Shown: one piece after another, positions 18,738-28,215 of the stretch | How positions within the stretch are numbered: the stretch's first letter is position 1 | Layout: each line of letters starts with the position of its first letter | Source of the DNA: Candidatus Hydrothermarchaeum profundi | GTDB taxonomy: Archaea; Hydrothermarchaeota; Hydrothermarchaeia; Hydrothermarchaeales; Hydrothermarchaeaceae | Assembly (NCBI GenBank): GCA_002011125.2 | Contig: MTMF02000009.1 | Coordinates: forward strand, 1,128,989 to 1,192,988 | Direction: 5' to 3' | Length of the DNA stretch: 64,000 nt | Made by a program: the position numbers and the translations under genes | Notes under the pieces: model-generated | What the model was told of the DNA's origin: nothing | The model's input: only the letters and a program-made list of their open reading frames with translations | Database searches by the model: none

Positions 18738-19937
18738 TCACATTAATTTGCTTAAGAAATAGCTAATAAGTTTCTCAGGTTTTTCTTGATCGGCTTCTAT
18801 GGTCAAGAAAGGTATGTCCACTCGAGATTTAATCTCACGATATGCATTGTAGACAGCTGAAGTCCCAAAGGGGCATTGCTTATTATATATTACTGCATCG
18901 ATCTCGTGGTATTTTATAAGATCTAGAAAGTCCCTTGCGGTTTCCTTGATTGTACCCATTCCAGAATGTCCTGCGTACCATTTAGCGAGAGCTCTGAGAG
19001 GGTCAGAATCGTCTTTTATTAGCTTTCTATGAGAAGTAAATCTCTGGTAGGGCCATCCCGCCGTAACAATACCCTTACTCTCCTCTATCGCATAGAGGAA
19101 CTCATTTCTAAAGCCTCCTGCGAGTAGGATTTTTTTACCCTCATATCCAATTCCTTGTTCTACCCTCTCTTTAAGTTCATTTTTAAGGATATAGCACGCC
19201 CCGAGTAATTCCTGCGTTATGCCTCCGATATAGTCTGTACATATTACCTTCAAGTTGTAGATGTCAAAACTTTTAAGTGGATGGGGCTCTTGTTTTACTA
19301 GATTATCGATTTCCTGAAACACTCGTGTGACATCGTTTGTAAGTTCAATGCTCTGCTGAAGGCTTTCATCTGTTATTTCTGTGCCGGCTAGTTTCTCTAA
19401 TTTATCTTTTAAATAGCACAGTTTATCATATATGGCTCTTTCCCTCTCCTTCCTTGTGAGACCTTCCTCAATTTCTATAAAATCAAATTCCCATTCCTGG
19501 CCAATTTTACGTAGCAGTATATTCCACTCTGGGATCTTCGGCACGAAATCTGTTATCACTAGATCATACCCGGGGCATGCACCTAAAATGGGGGACCCAG
19601 CAGCACCGCTAACATATCTACATACGCATTCTCCGATTCCAAAATGATAAATCCACTTGCTGAGTTTATAATCTCCTTTTATAATCGTTCTATTTAAGTC
19701 CTCTCTCCTCTTGTATATTATTGAAAAAACGTTAGCTGCTCTCAATACCTCTATTGGAGGATTAGCGAGGGTACCTACAACTTTTCCGCCTTTTTTAATA
19801 TGTTTTGCCCAGTTGTCCCACACACTGGCATTATGCTGGTAAATTAGTCTTATTCCCTCTAATTCTCTGATATCGCTGTAGAGAGGTAGAGCTTTTTCAT
19901 CTACTGAAAGAGCAGTTCTTGAGTACATGTAAGACAA
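18738..19937 (-). CDS. 2-hydroxyacyl-CoA dehydratase (HgdB/FldB/BcrC-like) family subunit, divergent
   Basis: KVVG..PPIEVLRAA, CVCRYV, LEKLAGTEITDESLQQSIELTN, IDAVIY..QC, DIPFLTIEAD. Confidence 0.72.
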   Translation of the reverse strand: MSYMYSRTALSVDEKALPLYSDIRELEGIRLIYQHNASVWDNWAKHIKKGGKVVGTLANPPIEVLRAANVFSIIYKRREDLNRTIIKGDYKLSKWIYHFGIGECVCRYVSGAAGSPILGACPGYDLVITDFVPKIPEWNILLRKIGQEWEFDFIEIEEGLTRKERERAIYDKLCYLKDKLEKLAGTEITDESLQQSIELTNDVTRVFQEIDNLVKQEPHPLKSFDIYNLKVICTDYIGGITQELLGACYILKNELKERVEQGIGYEGKKILLAGGFRNEFLYAIEESKGIVTAGWPYQRFTSHRKLIKDDSDPLRALAKWYAGHSGMGTIKETARDFLDLIKYHEIDAVIYNKQCPFGTSAVYNAYREIKSRVDIPFLTIEADQEKPEKLISYFLSKLM

Positions 19938-19987
19938 CCCTATTAACCTCTCCTCTACGTCTATCTATCTAGCTATTTCTTGGATGA

Positions 19988-20980
19988 TTATTGTATAAAA
20001 GATTTTTGGACCTTTAATATCCCCTGCCGGAATTCTACTTTATCGTATATATCGTAGTAGAAGGTCATCTCTCTTTTTTCAATTTGCTTCATTCCTTTTT
20101 TGCCTAGTGTTATTTCTATACATGTTGAATTGAAATTGGGATCATATTGTGGTCTCCATAGAGCTATCTCCCAGAGGTCTTGTGGATAGAAATCTTCTTT
20201 ATATCTTGAGGTAATTGGCTCAAGGATTATCATAGTGCCTCCTTTTTTCACAACTCTACAAGCGTCAGCTAGAACTTCCTGAGGGTTGGAGACATATTCT
20301 AGGAGAGCATCACATACCACAAGATCAAAAGCTTCTTCCTTGAACGGAAAGCCAACCTCAGCATCATAAGCGATGAAACTAGCCGAGCTACTCCGTAGCC
20401 ATTCTTTAGTTCTTTTAAGGATTTCCATAGATATATTAAGGCATGTTAGACTACCCTTTTTGTCGTAGTATCTCAAGTATTCTTTAATTCCGGTAGATGC
20501 ATCTAAGACTAATAGTTCCCTAGTGGTTTTTCCCAATTCTAGGAAATTCTTAATCCTTTCTTCCCTTAGCTCAAAAGGCTCTGAGATATTGCCTTTTCCA
20601 AGAGGCATTTGCTCATATAAGTTGTAAAATTTTTTTCTTGGTATAAACTCTATTAAATATCCTCTATTCTTTGTAAGATTTCTAGCTCTCCCTCGGTTAT
20701 CTAAAAATACTTCATATTTCTCTTTATTTTTTTCAAATACCGCTATTATGGTCCTATCAGATTTCTCTAAATATGATAACGTAAAGGGACTTCCAGAGCC
20801 TAGGTATGGTCTAATCACGACCCAGCAGAAGCCTTCTCTCAACTCATTACTTGTGTGTAACTTGCAGAGGATACCCTCACTAAAGAGCTTTTTTATTTCA
20901 TAACCGTAATTAGTTTTTCTGCATTGTCCAAAAGTATGTATAGCTCTTTTCCTGCCTTTTCTAAGACCTATCCTCTGCAT
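19988..20980 (-). CDS. Class I SAM-dependent methyltransferase with N-terminal extension
   Basis: C-terminal VLDASTG, DAEVGFPFKEEAFDLVVC, LEYV, RVVKKGG. Confidence 0.75.
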   Translation of the reverse strand: MQRIGLRKGRKRAIHTFGQCRKTNYGYEIKKLFSEGILCKLHTSNELREGFCWVVIRPYLGSGSPFTLSYLEKSDRTIIAVFEKNKEKYEVFLDNRGRARNLTKNRGYLIEFIPRKKFYNLYEQMPLGKGNISEPFELREERIKNFLELGKTTRELLVLDASTGIKEYLRYYDKKGSLTCLNISMEILKRTKEWLRSSSASFIAYDAEVGFPFKEEAFDLVVCDALLEYVSNPQEVLADACRVVKKGGTMIILEPITSRYKEDFYPQDLWEIALWRPQYDPNFNSTCIEITLGKKGMKQIEKREMTFYYDIYDKVEFRQGILKVQKSFIQ

Positions 20981-21010
20981 AAGAATGATTAGAATAGTAA
21001 TTCTGGGATA

Positions 21011-21781
21011 TTATAATTTTCTAATTTTAAAAATTCCTGCACATGTTTTGCAGAGAACTTCACTGTTCCTTGTTATAGTTCTGGAACTCTCCACGTATTC
21101 TCCGCAGTCATCGCAGTTAATAGGGTTTGTTATATACTGTTGATCTAGAGGATATTGCAATTTTTTTGGGTCGACCTTTACGCTGGTGACAATGAATAGT
21201 TCGTCGTCATCCATTTTGTGCCACTTTCTTATTAACTTGGCTTCCTCTTCATCTAATTTTGCTCTTGCATTACGTGCTTCTTCTAGAGTTCTGTCTTTCA
21301 GTTTTAAATAAAATTCATTAAGTTTTTTTCCATACTCGATATGTTCTTTATCTACTTCTGGTCTGAGGGATACTCTAACAGCTTTACCTGTTCTACGATT
21401 ACAGAAAATAGAGGAGAACTTTCCATGATCTAGAAATACCAGTCTACCGCTCCCAAAGCTACATGTTGTTGCACTTGCAATGCCATCAGCAGCGCATGTA
21501 AGAATTTCCACTGCGGCACAAAGATCTTTCTTTCTCTCTAAATCTAGATAAGTAACAGCAAGTAAAGCCATTCTCGCCCCAAGATAAGAAGCCGTACAAA
21601 CATGGCCATGGATCTTTGGAACAATTTTGAGAGTTTCTTTTAGTGAAGGGAACTCTACTCTACCTTTTCTTTTTTTCTCTAAAAAAGGCTCAATATCAAA
21701 TTCTGGAATAGCCATAATTGGAATTTCAAATGAAGTTAGTGATAAAATTATCTGAGTGAAAATTTTATAAAAAGGAGCCAT
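21011..21781 (-). CDS. FmdE family protein with C4 zinc finger
   Basis: IHGHVCTASYLGARM, EILTCAADGI..TTCSFG, CDDCGE...CKTC. True start is probably the internal Met (MAIPEF). Confidence 0.85.
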   Translation of the reverse strand: MAPFYKIFTQIILSLTSFEIPIMAIPEFDIEPFLEKKRKGRVEFPSLKETLKIVPKIHGHVCTASYLGARMALLAVTYLDLERKKDLCAAVEILTCAADGIASATTCSFGSGRLVFLDHGKFSSIFCNRRTGKAVRVSLRPEVDKEHIEYGKKLNEFYLKLKDRTLEEARNARAKLDEEEAKLIRKWHKMDDDELFIVTSVKVDPKKLQYPLDQQYITNPINCDDCGEYVESSRTITRNSEVLCKTCAGIFKIRKL

Positions 21782-21802
21782 TCGAGGTGTAGATAGCGCT
21801 TT

Positions 21803-23137
21803 TCATGTAGCATGTAATGCAATGCTTCTGAAAGATTTCCTCTCCAGGCCCTCACTAATCTTAGTGACCATAGGCTTCTCTTCTAATACCTCTATATCAG
21901 GTAGTGTAGTGTTCATTATTCTTGTAATAGAATCGAAGAGCATTCTCCTCAAGTCGCTATTAGAAAAGTTCTGGGTTTCTATAACTGGATTGAGATGATG
22001 ATACTCACGCCATTGGCGAGTAAGAATCTTTATTCCGATATTCTCGGCTTTCCTGTAGAGATAACTTCCTGGGTAGGGAGTCTGAACTGCGAAAGTAACT
22101 TCTCCTCCTAGTTTTTTGATTTTTAAGGCTAATTTTAAAGTAGCTTTAAATTCCTTTTCAGTCTCAGTAGGATGTCCTATCATGAATCCACATACTGGTG
22201 TGATGCCTTCTTGGACAAAGTTTTTTACAATTCTTAGAACTTCTCTTATTCGAATACCTTTATTTATCAAGTCCACAAGTCTTTGAGAGCCGCTCTCTAT
22301 CCCAAACCGCCCTACTTTACAGCCTGCCTTGGCCATTGCCGTGATGACTTCACTGTCGACATGATCCAATCGTAGTTCAGTGAGCCATTCCATATCCAGT
22401 TTTTTAACAGAGTTGCAGATTTCTAATACTCTTCTTTTATCAAATGCGAAATTAGGGTCTATAATGAAAAAAGAATCAAACCCTAGACTTTGGATGTATA
22501 TTAACTCGTCAACGACTTTTTCAGCTTTTCTAAGCCTAAGACGGCCGGCAATACTTCTAGCACAACAATATCTACAGTAATACGCACATCCCCTGCTGGT
22601 AGCAACTGCGCCGGGGTATGTGTATTTCCACAAATCCAATAGATGACGTGCTGGTAGAGGTAAAGAATCAAGATCTTTAACTCTGTGGCTTCCGTTTTTT
22701 CGAATTTTGTTATTTTCTTTATACACCAGACCCTTTATTGTTGGTGTGGTCCCTTTTTCAAGAGCTTTAAGTAGCTCACCTATTACTAGTTCACCTTCAC
22801 CTACCACTACAAAGTCGAATCCGTCATCTAAAACCTCATCCGGCAAAGCAGTCGCGTGAGGCCCCCCTATTATAACTTTCTTTTTTTGCTTTTTAGCTAA
22901 ATAAAGTATCTTGAGAGCTTCGTGATAGTTATTGGTGTAGCAAGAGACTCCTATTAGTTTTGCTTTTTTTATTTTTCTTTCAAGTTTTTCATTTGTGACG
23001 TTTAAGTCGATTATACCGGTTTTAAAGCCTCCTTGTTCAGCTAAAGCGGCAATATAAGCGACTCCAAGTGGAGGAACAGTTATATCTGCTTCTGAAATAC
23101 TTCTAGACTGCCTAACTTCTACTAATAATAAATCCAT
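21803..23137 (-). CDS. Cobalamin-dependent radical SAM protein (class B methyltransferase-like)
   Basis: PPLGVAYIAA, IGGPHAT, VVGEGE, TSRGCAYYCRYC, FGIESGSQ, FMIGHPTET, TPYPGS. Confidence 0.92.
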   Translation of the reverse strand: MDLLLVEVRQSRSISEADITVPPLGVAYIAALAEQGGFKTGIIDLNVTNEKLERKIKKAKLIGVSCYTNNYHEALKILYLAKKQKKKVIIGGPHATALPDEVLDDGFDFVVVGEGELVIGELLKALEKGTTPTIKGLVYKENNKIRKNGSHRVKDLDSLPLPARHLLDLWKYTYPGAVATSRGCAYYCRYCCARSIAGRLRLRKAEKVVDELIYIQSLGFDSFFIIDPNFAFDKRRVLEICNSVKKLDMEWLTELRLDHVDSEVITAMAKAGCKVGRFGIESGSQRLVDLINKGIRIREVLRIVKNFVQEGITPVCGFMIGHPTETEKEFKATLKLALKIKKLGGEVTFAVQTPYPGSYLYRKAENIGIKILTRQWREYHHLNPVIETQNFSNSDLRRMLFDSITRIMNTTLPDIEVLEEKPMVTKISEGLERKSFRSIALHAT

Positions 23138-23138
23138 C

Positions 23139-23399
23139 TCAAATCTCCACTAGTCCTAAAGTTTTTAGTTTCTCAATAAAATCCGCAATTTCTTTTTCGG
23201 TAGCCGCCCTAAATTTTCTTTTATATAACTCAACTATTCCTGTTTCATCAACTTCCCCTATCAATTTCCATATAAAAGTAGCTTTTTTATTGAGTATGTA
23301 AAGACCCTTATTAGTTGCAATATATGTCTTTTCTCTTTCTTCTTTCCATAATACCTTGGCTTTAATAGGGACTGCATTATTTAATTTTATAGAAGACAT
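23139..23399 (-). CDS. PqqD-family protein (RiPP recognition element-like)
   Basis: 86 aa; LYILNKKATFIWKLI and DFIEKLKTLGLV fit the PqqD pattern. Ends 1 nt before the B12 radical SAM start. Confidence 0.75.
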   Translation of the reverse strand: MSSIKLNNAVPIKAKVLWKEEREKTYIATNKGLYILNKKATFIWKLIGEVDETGIVELYKRKFRAATEKEIADFIEKLKTLGLVEI

Positions 23400-23509
23400 A
23401 TTTCTTTCCCAGTTTAGTTACATCGTATTTGTGAATTGTAAAGAATACATAAGGTAATCTATGTATAGAAGTAAATTGAGCCAGAAAATTTCCTGCATTA
23501 TTTCCATTC

Positions 23510-24274
23510 TTAGAACGAGATACTTTGTATCTCTCTCTTCCATCGTGTTAGTCTCCTCTCTACTCTAACCATGATTTCATTAAAGAAAAATCCAATAAAG
23601 CCGATAGTGAATATCCCTGCGAACATTTTATCAGTTTTAAAAGTGTACTCTGCTTCTATTATCATTAAACCTAAGCCAGATCTAGCTCCTATCATTTCAG
23701 TCACGATCAGCAGAATCAGAGATACTGCCAAACTTAATCTAAGGCCCGTCATTATCGAGGGGAAGGCAGAAGGTAGTACTATTTTAGTTAAAGTTTGAAG
23801 CCTATTAGCTCCAAAAAGTTTAGCAACTTTCAGGAGGTTAACATCTACCTGTCTTACTCCCGATATAGTGTTCAATATGATAGGAAAATAGCAAGCGAAA
23901 GCTATAATCATTATCTTCGATAAGTTACCTATACCGAACCACAATATTGCAACCGGAATTAAAGCAACCGCGGGTATCGGCCTGAAAAGTTCAACTAGAG
24001 GGTTCGTCAAATCTTCGACTGTATTAAACCATGCTATAAGAATACCATGAGGTACTGCTATAATTGCCGCCAATAAGAAACCTAAAATAGCTCTATAAAG
24101 GCTTATGGTAGTATGTGTTATTAGTTCGCCACTTTGAAGTAATTTTATGATAGTGAGAAATATCTTACTTGGAGCAGGTAGAAAAATTGGGTTCACTAAT
24201 CCAAAATAGCAAATCCCTTCCCACACTAGGAAAAATCCCACAAGCGAGAAGGTCTTTCGTACTTTTCTATTCAT
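23510..24274 (-). CDS. NitT/TauT-family ABC transporter permease
   Basis: FLPAPS, RPIPAVALIP..ILWFGIG, EAA-loop region AKLFGA, LPSAFPSIMTGLR, EMIGARSGLG. Confidence 0.92.
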   Translation of the reverse strand: MNRKVRKTFSLVGFFLVWEGICYFGLVNPIFLPAPSKIFLTIIKLLQSGELITHTTISLYRAILGFLLAAIIAVPHGILIAWFNTVEDLTNPLVELFRPIPAVALIPVAILWFGIGNLSKIMIIAFACYFPIILNTISGVRQVDVNLLKVAKLFGANRLQTLTKIVLPSAFPSIMTGLRLSLAVSLILLIVTEMIGARSGLGLMIIEAEYTFKTDKMFAGIFTIGFIGFFFNEIMVRVERRLTRWKREIQSISF

Positions 24275-25227
24275 AGGAATCTATAGTCAATAAATTCATT
24301 TACAGTAACGTTTCTTCCAAGTGATTCAGGATCATATTTTTTAATTGCATCGATAATTTTTTTGAATGATTCATCGCTTACACGGCCAGAGGGATTAAAT
24401 TCTGGCCAAGGTATCTTCTTAGTTACTTCTATAGGAAGTCCCGTATCCATGGCTGCTATCTCCGGTACTTTATCTGGATTATCTATTGCCCACTGCAATC
24501 CCCTAAGATAGGCTTTAATGAAACTTTTTACCTTATCTGGATGGTTTTGTATGAAATCTTCGGTAAAGAATACCATTCCAAAGGGAACTCCCTCAGGGAA
24601 GACATCAGCTGGAGTGAAAACAACGTTTACTTTGTCTTCTAATTGAGGCATGGCCATCGGGAATACGAAAGCAGCATCTACTTCCCCATTTAAAAGAGCT
24701 TGAGGCATATTTGGGATTTTTACCTGCGTTATAGTAACTTCTGTATTGGGGTCTATCCCATTTTGCTCTAATCCTACTCTTAAGGTTAAATCAAGGAGGG
24801 TGCCTAATCGATGTACTGCTATTGTCTTTCCTTTTAGATCCGCCATATCCTCTATACCTGACGACTTTAAAACAACGAGATAGTCCCCGGGTTTTTCTTT
24901 AGTTCCTACTTCGCCTACTGCAACCACCTTAATTGGTACATCTTTTGACACCGCTCTAATTATCGCAGGAGTGGAGCCTATGACTCCTCCATCAAGTTCC
25001 CCTGCGATAACTGCTTCAATTACAGACGATCCTCCTCTAAAGCTTATCCATGAAATGTTCAATCCCTCCTCTTCATAAAATCCGTTATACATAGCGTAGA
25101 CTTCTGGTTGTGCAACGCCACCTAAGTATCCGATCCGAATAGTTGGTTCCTCTTTTTCTATGGGGCTAGAGGTAATACAACCTATAGTAACTATAAATAA
25201 TAGAATTCCTATAAGAAATCTCATCAA
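24271..25227 (-). CDS. NitT/TauT (SsuA/TauA-like) ABC substrate-binding protein, probable lipoprotein
   Basis: Signal peptide with TIGC lipobox; IRIGYL, GFYEEEGL, DLKGKTIAV, ALLNGEVDA. Confidence 0.88.
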   Translation of the reverse strand: MMRFLIGILLFIVTIGCITSSPIEKEEPTIRIGYLGGVAQPEVYAMYNGFYEEEGLNISWISFRGGSSVIEAVIAGELDGGVIGSTPAIIRAVSKDVPIKVVAVGEVGTKEKPGDYLVVLKSSGIEDMADLKGKTIAVHRLGTLLDLTLRVGLEQNGIDPNTEVTITQVKIPNMPQALLNGEVDAAFVFPMAMPQLEDKVNVVFTPADVFPEGVPFGMVFFTEDFIQNHPDKVKSFIKAYLRGLQWAIDNPDKVPEIAAMDTGLPIEVTKKIPWPEFNPSGRVSDESFKKIIDAIKKYDPESLGRNVTVNEFIDYRFL

Positions 25228-25317
25228 ACCACCTTTTTATTTTTTAATAATATTATATGTAAATATTTTTTTTAATATAAAATAAATATATAAATACTTT
25301 ACGGAGAGTAATAAAGT
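25228..25317. promoter_or_regulatory. Divergent AT-rich promoter region between the transporter/PqqD operon and the radical SAM-Lrp operon
   Basis: Nearly pure A/T 90-bp gap with several TATA-like boxes and the palindrome ATAATATTAT; adjacent to an Lrp regulator gene. Confidence 0.55.
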
Positions 25318-26370
25318 ATGGATATTGCTAATTTAAAAATGGAGTTGCAGGCGAAAGGGGTTAAAATTGACTATTCTTTAGAAGAGAAAATAGTTAAAAA
25401 ATTTCCAACAGCGACGAGCGACTATATGTCTTTTCTTATAGGAGATGTACCCGTAGCCATGTTGAATGGATACTACACTGATTCGTCACCTTTCGAAATA
25501 AAAATGAGGGGAAATAAATTCAGCATTTTTAAAAATGGAGATTTTTTGACGGATGTAGAGTTTCTTCAGCGGCCACGATTTTTTGATATATCTACGTCGG
25601 ATGGAGTTAGTATGGAAAAACTTGGCAAACTTGTTGCTCCTGGCTTCTTGATTGTCTACATGACAACTGGATGTATCTATTGGGGGGAGGCTCAATGTAA
25701 ATTTTGTGTAACAGGGTATATAGATACTTTGAAAATCAAAAAAGCTAGTTGGATAGCGGAATTAGCAGAAAAAGGGGCGAAGGAAATAAAGTCTCATATT
25801 GCCTTAACATCAGGGGCATTACCCAAGGATAGGGGAAGCAAATTACTCGCCGAGACTGTTAATTCTATAAAAGAAAGGGTAAATATACCTGTTTCGGTAA
25901 ATTTAGAGCCGCCACGGAATATGGGATGGTTAGACAAACTCTCGAATGCTGACTCCATATACATAAATTTGGAAGTATATGACGAAAAAGCTAGAGCACT
26001 ATTTTTACCCGGAAAAAGCGAATTTAAGCTTGAGTATTATGATAGAATATTTAAACGTTGTTTAGAAGTATTTGAGGAGAATCAGGTTGGTTCGGTATTG
26101 CTCGCTGGGTTAGAAGGCGAGAATACGTACCTAGAGGGTGTTGAGCATTTAGCGAGTTTAGGAGTCATGCCGGTAGTTATCCCTTTTTATCCCACATCTT
26201 TATCAAAGTTAAATTCCTTAAAACCACCTAGTGCAACTAAAATGAAGGAGATTTATCTTAACTCTATTGACATTATAAAGAGTTATGGATTAGATCCTTT
26301 TAAAACGAAAGCAGGATTTATGAGGGGTGGAGCATTGACTGCTATAAAGGAAGTGATGCGTGGTGTATAA
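25318..26370 (+). CDS. Radical SAM protein, MSMEG_0568-like with Cx7Cx2C motif
   Basis: ELQAKGV, PRFFDISTSDGVSM, GCIYWGEAQCKFC, LTSG, VNLEPP, PGKS, NQVGSVLLAGL, VIPFYP. Confidence 0.75.
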   Translation: MDIANLKMELQAKGVKIDYSLEEKIVKKFPTATSDYMSFLIGDVPVAMLNGYYTDSSPFEIKMRGNKFSIFKNGDFLTDVEFLQRPRFFDISTSDGVSMEKLGKLVAPGFLIVYMTTGCIYWGEAQCKFCVTGYIDTLKIKKASWIAELAEKGAKEIKSHIALTSGALPKDRGSKLLAETVNSIKERVNIPVSVNLEPPRNMGWLDKLSNADSIYINLEVYDEKARALFLPGKSEFKLEYYDRIFKRCLEVFEENQVGSVLLAGLEGENTYLEGVEHLASLGVMPVVIPFYPTSLSKLNSLKPPSATKMKEIYLNSIDIIKSYGLDPFKTKAGFMRGGALTAIKEVMRGV

Positions 26371-26830
26371 GCTCGATGAGATTAATAAAGAGTTACTGAG
26401 ACTTCTAGGGAGGAATTCTAGGGCACAGTTTAGCGAGTTAAAGGAAGAGTTAGCTAAGAAAGGTTATGAACTTACAAGAGAGGCTGTAGAGTACAGGGTT
26501 AAAAAAATGATGAAAGAGGGGATAATAAAGGACTTTGCTATGTTTACTGATCCGGAGAAAATAGGCTATCAGCTCTGTTGTCATATAGAGATTCACGTAA
26601 AAGACCCTAGGAAAAGAGATGAAGTAGGTGAGATGTTGGCTGAACTACCCAATACCTCTTTAGTGCATGCAGGAACCACTATCTTTGATATAGCATGCAA
26701 GATATTTTTTACAGACCCTAAGGACATGTTTCAGTTTCTGGATATCTTAGAGAATGATAATAGAGTCAAGGATTTCAATGTCGATATAATAAGGAAAACA
26801 TACAAGGCAGGTCCAATAACTCCGTTATAG
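26360..26830 (+). CDS. Lrp/AsnC family transcriptional regulator
   Basis: KLDEINKELLRLL..NSR, AVEYRVKKM..EGIIK, DPEKIG. Confidence 0.88.
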   Translation: MVYKLDEINKELLRLLGRNSRAQFSELKEELAKKGYELTREAVEYRVKKMMKEGIIKDFAMFTDPEKIGYQLCCHIEIHVKDPRKRDEVGEMLAELPNTSLVHAGTTIFDIACKIFFTDPKDMFQFLDILENDNRVKDFNVDIIRKTYKAGPITPL

Positions 26831-26848
26831 GTTAGTTCAAAAAGTACT

Positions 26849-27736
26849 TTAGAATAAATAGCAATGATCGCATTCAGCCTCGTAAGTTTCGTTATATTTT
26901 TTCATTATCTCTGGCGAGAGGTATGGAGGTATTCTCCTAAGAGCTTCTTCAAAGTGCCGGGCCTCTAAACTGTCAAATTCCTCACCCTTTTCACGGATAG
27001 CTATTATTTTAGCTTCCCTCACTACTCCTTCGATATCTGCTCCCACGTAGAATTCAGTTTTCTCTGCCAGATCTTCTAGTGAGACATCCTTTGATAAGGG
27101 GGTTCCTTTTAGATGAATCCTAAATATTTCTATACGTCCTTCATAGTCGGGAGCAGGAACATATATTTTCTTTTCTAATCTCCCTTTCCTTAATAACTGA
27201 GGATCAACCACGTCAGGACGATATGTACCCCCAATGGTTATTACGTCCTTACGACTGCTCATCCTATCAAGTTGTTCGTATAAGATCTTCGTAGTTTCTG
27301 TCGGAGCTAATCTTAGTGGAGCATCCCTAGTATGACTAATGGACCAAGGCAACTGCTGCTTCCTATTTGGTGCCAATGCATCTATTTCGTTAATAAATAC
27401 CACAGTTGGTGCTAACTCCAAAGCGGTGTCATACATCCTTTCTATTTCCTCGGGTTCGCTAATTATCTCTATGGCTTTTACTGTGATGTAACTGGCGTCA
27501 GCAGACTTTGCAGCTGCCTCAGACAATATAGTTTTTCCTCCGCCTGGAGGCCCCCATAGGAAAATACCGCTTGGTGGTTTTAATTCTACTTTGGCAAAAA
27601 TATCTGGCAATTTGAGAGGTAGAGATACCATCTCTCTTAAACGTTCTTTTGCATCGGTTAATCCACCAATCTCCTCCCAGCTCCATTTAGGTTCTTTTAT
27701 TCTGAAGTAGTCTCCCTGTCCGTTAACCTTTTTCAT
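26849..27736 (-). CDS. Single-domain Cdc48-like AAA+ ATPase, paralog 1
   Basis: WEEIGGL, GPPGGGKT, FINEID, RPDVVDPQLLRKGRLEKKIYVPAPD, YVGADIE. Confidence 0.9.
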   Translation of the reverse strand: MKKVNGQGDYFRIKEPKWSWEEIGGLTDAKERLREMVSLPLKLPDIFAKVELKPPSGIFLWGPPGGGKTILSEAAAKSADASYITVKAIEIISEPEEIERMYDTALELAPTVVFINEIDALAPNRKQQLPWSISHTRDAPLRLAPTETTKILYEQLDRMSSRKDVITIGGTYRPDVVDPQLLRKGRLEKKIYVPAPDYEGRIEIFRIHLKGTPLSKDVSLEDLAEKTEFYVGADIEGVVREAKIIAIREKGEEFDSLEARHFEEALRRIPPYLSPEIMKKYNETYEAECDHCYLF

Positions 27737-27786
27737 TATAGTATGTTGGATTGCTCACAAAAATATAAAATTAATGGAAGTATCAT

Positions 27787-28215
27787 ATGATATCCATGGA
27801 TTGCGAGTTTTGTGGAAATAAAATCATCCAGTATGGACTTTTTCCAAGGAGTTATAGACTTTATATTTATTTCTGCAAGCGTTGTCTAAGAGCTTTTTTG
27901 GCTCATCACTTTGATCTCAACCTAGAGATTTATCGAATTCAGGATCTGGATGTCAAAAAGAATGGCGAACTATTTTTCTTTTCAGGCCTCAAAGTTGAGC
28001 CAAGGGTTTTTGATTTTAAGGTAGATAGGAGTATAGATGCAGTAATCGTCGCATATAAAAATGATGTTCTAGGTGAACTTGCTAAGACGGATGGCTACAT
28101 ATATGCTCCTTATTCTAGGAAAGCGTTAAACACATTATGTAGATACCTAAAAGAAAAATGCGATATTGGTATAGTAACAAAAAAAGTTGCAGAGTTGTGG
28201 GAGCGAGCTGAATGA
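27787..28215 (+). CDS. Hypothetical protein with N-terminal CxxC-x20-CxxC zinc ribbon
   Basis: CEFCG...FCKRC; overlaps the next ORF by ATGA. Confidence 0.65.
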   Translation: MISMDCEFCGNKIIQYGLFPRSYRLYIYFCKRCLRAFLAHHFDLNLEIYRIQDLDVKKNGELFFFSGLKVEPRVFDFKVDRSIDAVIVAYKNDVLGELAKTDGYIYAPYSRKALNTLCRYLKEKCDIGIVTKKVAELWERAE

